Source: Pseudomonadota bacterium (GTDB taxonomy: Bacteria > Desulfobacterota > Binatia > UBA12015). From it: 58,014 bases of DNA. This document shows positions 55,728 through 58,014 of this stretch, piece after piece. The stretch covers positions 1 through 58,014 of the forward strand of contig SXLG01000020.1 of the NCBI GenBank assembly GCA_005777805.1, given 5' to 3'. The notes beneath the pieces are model-generated. The model saw only the letters and a program-made list of their open reading frames with translations, made no database searches and was not told the DNA's origin. Positions within the stretch are counted from its first letter, which is position 1. Every line of letters begins with the position of its first letter. The position numbers were made by a program, and so were the translations under genes.

Positions 55728-57767
55728 CTAGGGTGTCGATCGACAGGGCGCACCGCCGCAGACGTCGACCAGCCGACCGTTCGGCTGGAGGAACTCCGAG
55801 ACCAGCACCAGCACGCGGGCCTCGTCGGCGGCCCGGCCGTGCGGGTCGCGCCCCTCACGTGGCGGCAGGTTGCCGTCGGGTGGTGGTGGCGTGACCTGGA
55901 AGTCCCAGACCACGAGCCCCGAGCCGTCCCATGGAAACTCTGGGATGGCCGGGATCCCCCAGAAGGGTTCGACCGAAGTCGATAGCCCCGGCACGAGCGC
56001 CGGCTGGCGGACCGGAGCCCCGGTCGTTCGCACCGCCATCTCGGTGGCGATATTCGCGACCTGGTGATCGCCGAAAGCCTCGAACCAGAGCACGGTGTGG
56101 TCGGGGGTGTCGGGGTAGGGTTCGCCGATGATGTGCTGGAGGTAGCCGCTGGCCTCGCCGCGGTCCCACAGCATCTGGATCAGGCCGAAGGCCAGCGTCT
56201 GGTCGAGCGGATCGGGATAGGAACTGCGGAAGAGCGTATCGAAGGGGTCGAAGTCGACACTGCGCGGGATCAGCAGGCTGTAAGCCGCTCCGCCCACGGC
56301 CATCACGGCCCGTGTCCAGTGGCGCTCCTGGGCCACGGCGGTGGTAGCGACGCCAAGAATAGCTCCTTGACTGCCGCCAAGATAGAACGCATCGCTGCCA
56401 TCGAGCGCGCTCTGCCCGTCGGCCTGAAAGGCAGGGTGCGAGCCGAATCCAGCGGGATGGCGCATCACCTCGGCAAGGAAGAGAAAATTGAGGTGCGACT
56501 GCAGCAGCCGGTCGGGCATGGTGTGGAAATCGGAGAGATCCTGCAACAGGCGTGTCGCGTGACCGATGTCGCCCGCCGACATGCCGATGAAGTCGGTGCC
56601 GCAGACCGCCATGTTGACGCTGGCCGCGAGCAATCCGATGTCGATGGCATAGGCGCCGGTGCCGAGCAGCCCGTGCCCGGCGAGCATGAGGCGGGCGGGG
56701 TTCTGTGCGCTGGCCGTGAGCGGTACCGTGCAGTAGAAATTTGCGGCGAAGCTGCCGTTGCGCATCGGCAGGGAATCGCCCCCCGCATCGTTGAGGCCGC
56801 TACCGGGTTGGCCGTCGCCGGTCAGATAGAGCGGGACCTCGAAGGTGCCGGTGACCACCCGTGCCAGCCCGACATCGCCCGCGGAGCCGACGCTGAAGGA
56901 GGGGGCCGCCGGGCCGAGCTGCGCGTGAGCGTCGTCGCGCATGTGCAGCAGACGGCGCGCGATGGATGGACCGCTGGCGACGGTGAAGTCCCACGCCAGG
57001 GTGAGGTCCTCGCGCGCCACAAAGGCCCGCGCGAGGTCGGCGAAGACGCGCTCCATCGCGTCGCGTCGGGCCTCGATGATCTCGTTGTCGGTCGGGGTCC
57101 CGTCGCGGAAAGCAAGGAAGACGGGATCCGGCTCGATCGGGGTCGCGACGTGCGCGAGTTCCGGCGCGCTGCTGGCTTCTCCGGCCGCGCCGAGCAGGCC
57201 GCGCAGGGCCACGACGTGGCGATGGCCTTCATCGAGCGCGCGTGCCGGATGGATCGTCAGCGCGCGCCGCTCGGCGGGCGTGTGCAGGTCGAGCTCGGCC
57301 CAGAAGGGCACCCGGTCCCCGTCGGTCGCATCGAGCAGGACGATCGGCGAGTCGGGCTGGAGCGAGCGGGCGATGTCGGTGCTCGGGGGCAGGAGAGCCA
57401 CGCCCTCGGCGGAGAGTTCGGGGACGAAGACCGTGATCTGCGCCACTGGGCTGAAGCCGTCCTCGCGATTCCACTGCGTCGGGTCGATCCGGACGCCACT
57501 CGCATTGGCGGGCATCGACTCGCGCACCAGCGCGACCCGGCGCCCGGTGGGGGTGGTCGAGTCGGCGCGGGTCAGGGCGTCGGAGGGGAAGGGCAGCAGG
57601 CACTCGTCGGGATCGAGGATCTCGCAGCGGTCGCCGTCTGGAGTGTCGAGATGGATGGGGGCCGGCGCGACGTTGCCGCAGGCCTGCGCGAGAGCGGCGG
57701 CAAGGGCGATCGCCAGCACGCGGTGGAGGGGAGTCGTCGGTCTGCGCGGTCGGAACAAGAGCGTCAT
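55728..57767 (-). CDS. Secreted lipoprotein with C-terminal alpha/beta-hydrolase domain (paralog B)
   Basis: Lipobox AQAC, CLLPFPSD, DGFSP, GHGLLG, GGSQG, GDHQV, DPH. Confidence 0.8.
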   Translation of the reverse strand: MTLLFRPRRPTTPLHRVLAIALAAALAQACGNVAPAPIHLDTPDGDRCEILDPDECLLPFPSDALTRADSTTPTGRRVALVRESMPANASGVRIDPTQWNREDGFSPVAQITVFVPELSAEGVALLPPSTDIARSLQPDSPIVLLDATDGDRVPFWAELDLHTPAERRALTIHPARALDEGHRHVVALRGLLGAAGEASSAPELAHVATPIEPDPVFLAFRDGTPTDNEIIEARRDAMERVFADLARAFVAREDLTLAWDFTVASGPSIARRLLHMRDDAHAQLGPAAPSFSVGSAGDVGLARVVTGTFEVPLYLTGDGQPGSGLNDAGGDSLPMRNGSFAANFYCTVPLTASAQNPARLMLAGHGLLGTGAYAIDIGLLAASVNMAVCGTDFIGMSAGDIGHATRLLQDLSDFHTMPDRLLQSHLNFLFLAEVMRHPAGFGSHPAFQADGQSALDGSDAFYLGGSQGAILGVATTAVAQERHWTRAVMAVGGAAYSLLIPRSVDFDPFDTLFRSSYPDPLDQTLAFGLIQMLWDRGEASGYLQHIIGEPYPDTPDHTVLWFEAFGDHQVANIATEMAVRTTGAPVRQPALVPGLSTSVEPFWGIPAIPEFPWDGSGLVVWDFQVTPPPPDGNLPPREGRDPHGRAADEARVLVLVSEFLQPNGRLVDVCGGAPCRSTP

Positions 57768-57822
57768 GCCGACCACAGCTATGTCGTCCCAGCGCCACCG
57801 TCAAAGCCCCCGGTCCCGTGCC

Positions 57823-58014
57823 TGTAGAGAGCACTGAAGATGTCCGGGTCATAAGCACTTAGAGATGTCCGCCCTACTGGCTAGGTGCGCGGATGGAGAG
57901 ATTCCGCCGTGCCGTAGCCCGGGAGACCAGGGCGATGACCAAGAGGGAAGTGATGCTCAAGGCGATCGAGGGCCGGATCACATGGATCCAGGCGGCCGAG
58001 ATCTTGGGGATCAG
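57823..58014 (+). mobile_element. Left end of an ISNCY/IS1202-like insertion sequence, truncated by the window edge
   Basis: TGT terminus; subterminal repeats AGCACTGAAGATGTCCG (57830) and AGCACTTAGAGATGTCCG (57854); ORF from 57893/57935 MTKREVMLKAIEGRITWIQAAEILGI (HTH). Confidence 0.8.

Noticed and set aside
57780-57822. XerCD (dif-like) target next to the IS1202-like end
   Set aside because: The flank is GC-rich with no resemblance to a dif site.
1-58014. tRNA, rRNA, prophage or cas genes
   Set aside because: None recognised by eye; intergenic gaps are short and explained. A covariance-model scan would be needed to exclude small RNAs.

Overview
High-GC bacterial chromosomal window, mostly metabolic and housekeeping. 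The gene content (F420-dependent LLM enzymes, DUF3604, Myxococcus-type Cys-rich surface protein, mycobacterial-like lipid genes, FliA/FlgM) suggests a Binatota/Myxococcota-like 'deltaproteobacterium'; this is inference only. About 45 CDS are supported. They cover lipid synthesis and catabolism (PlsB, HAD-PlsC fusion, FadE26/27-like pair, desaturase, TesB, acyl-CoA synthetase), cell wall (DacB, NamZ), glgA, hisS, tandem moeA/moeA-PBP, a two-component system and two paralogous secreted lipase-like lipoproteins. Mobile or decayed DNA comprises an internally deleted IS1182 with intact ends (9987-10903), an AAA+/DUF4143 pseudogene with a 23-bp-period repeat triplet upstream, an esterase interrupted at the left edge, and an ISNCY/IS1202-like left end at the right edge. 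Best leads: (1) a stand-alone sigma-28/FlgM module with candidate sigma-54 and sigma-28 promoters and a divergent basic micropeptide; (2) repeated 72-75-bp-period duplications of unrelated sequence across the window; (3) an intramembrane-sensing kinase/OmpR pair with a tandem box upstream of a probably leaderless desaturase gene. No rRNA, tRNA or true CRISPR array was recognised. All assignments come from reading motifs by eye; no searches were run.
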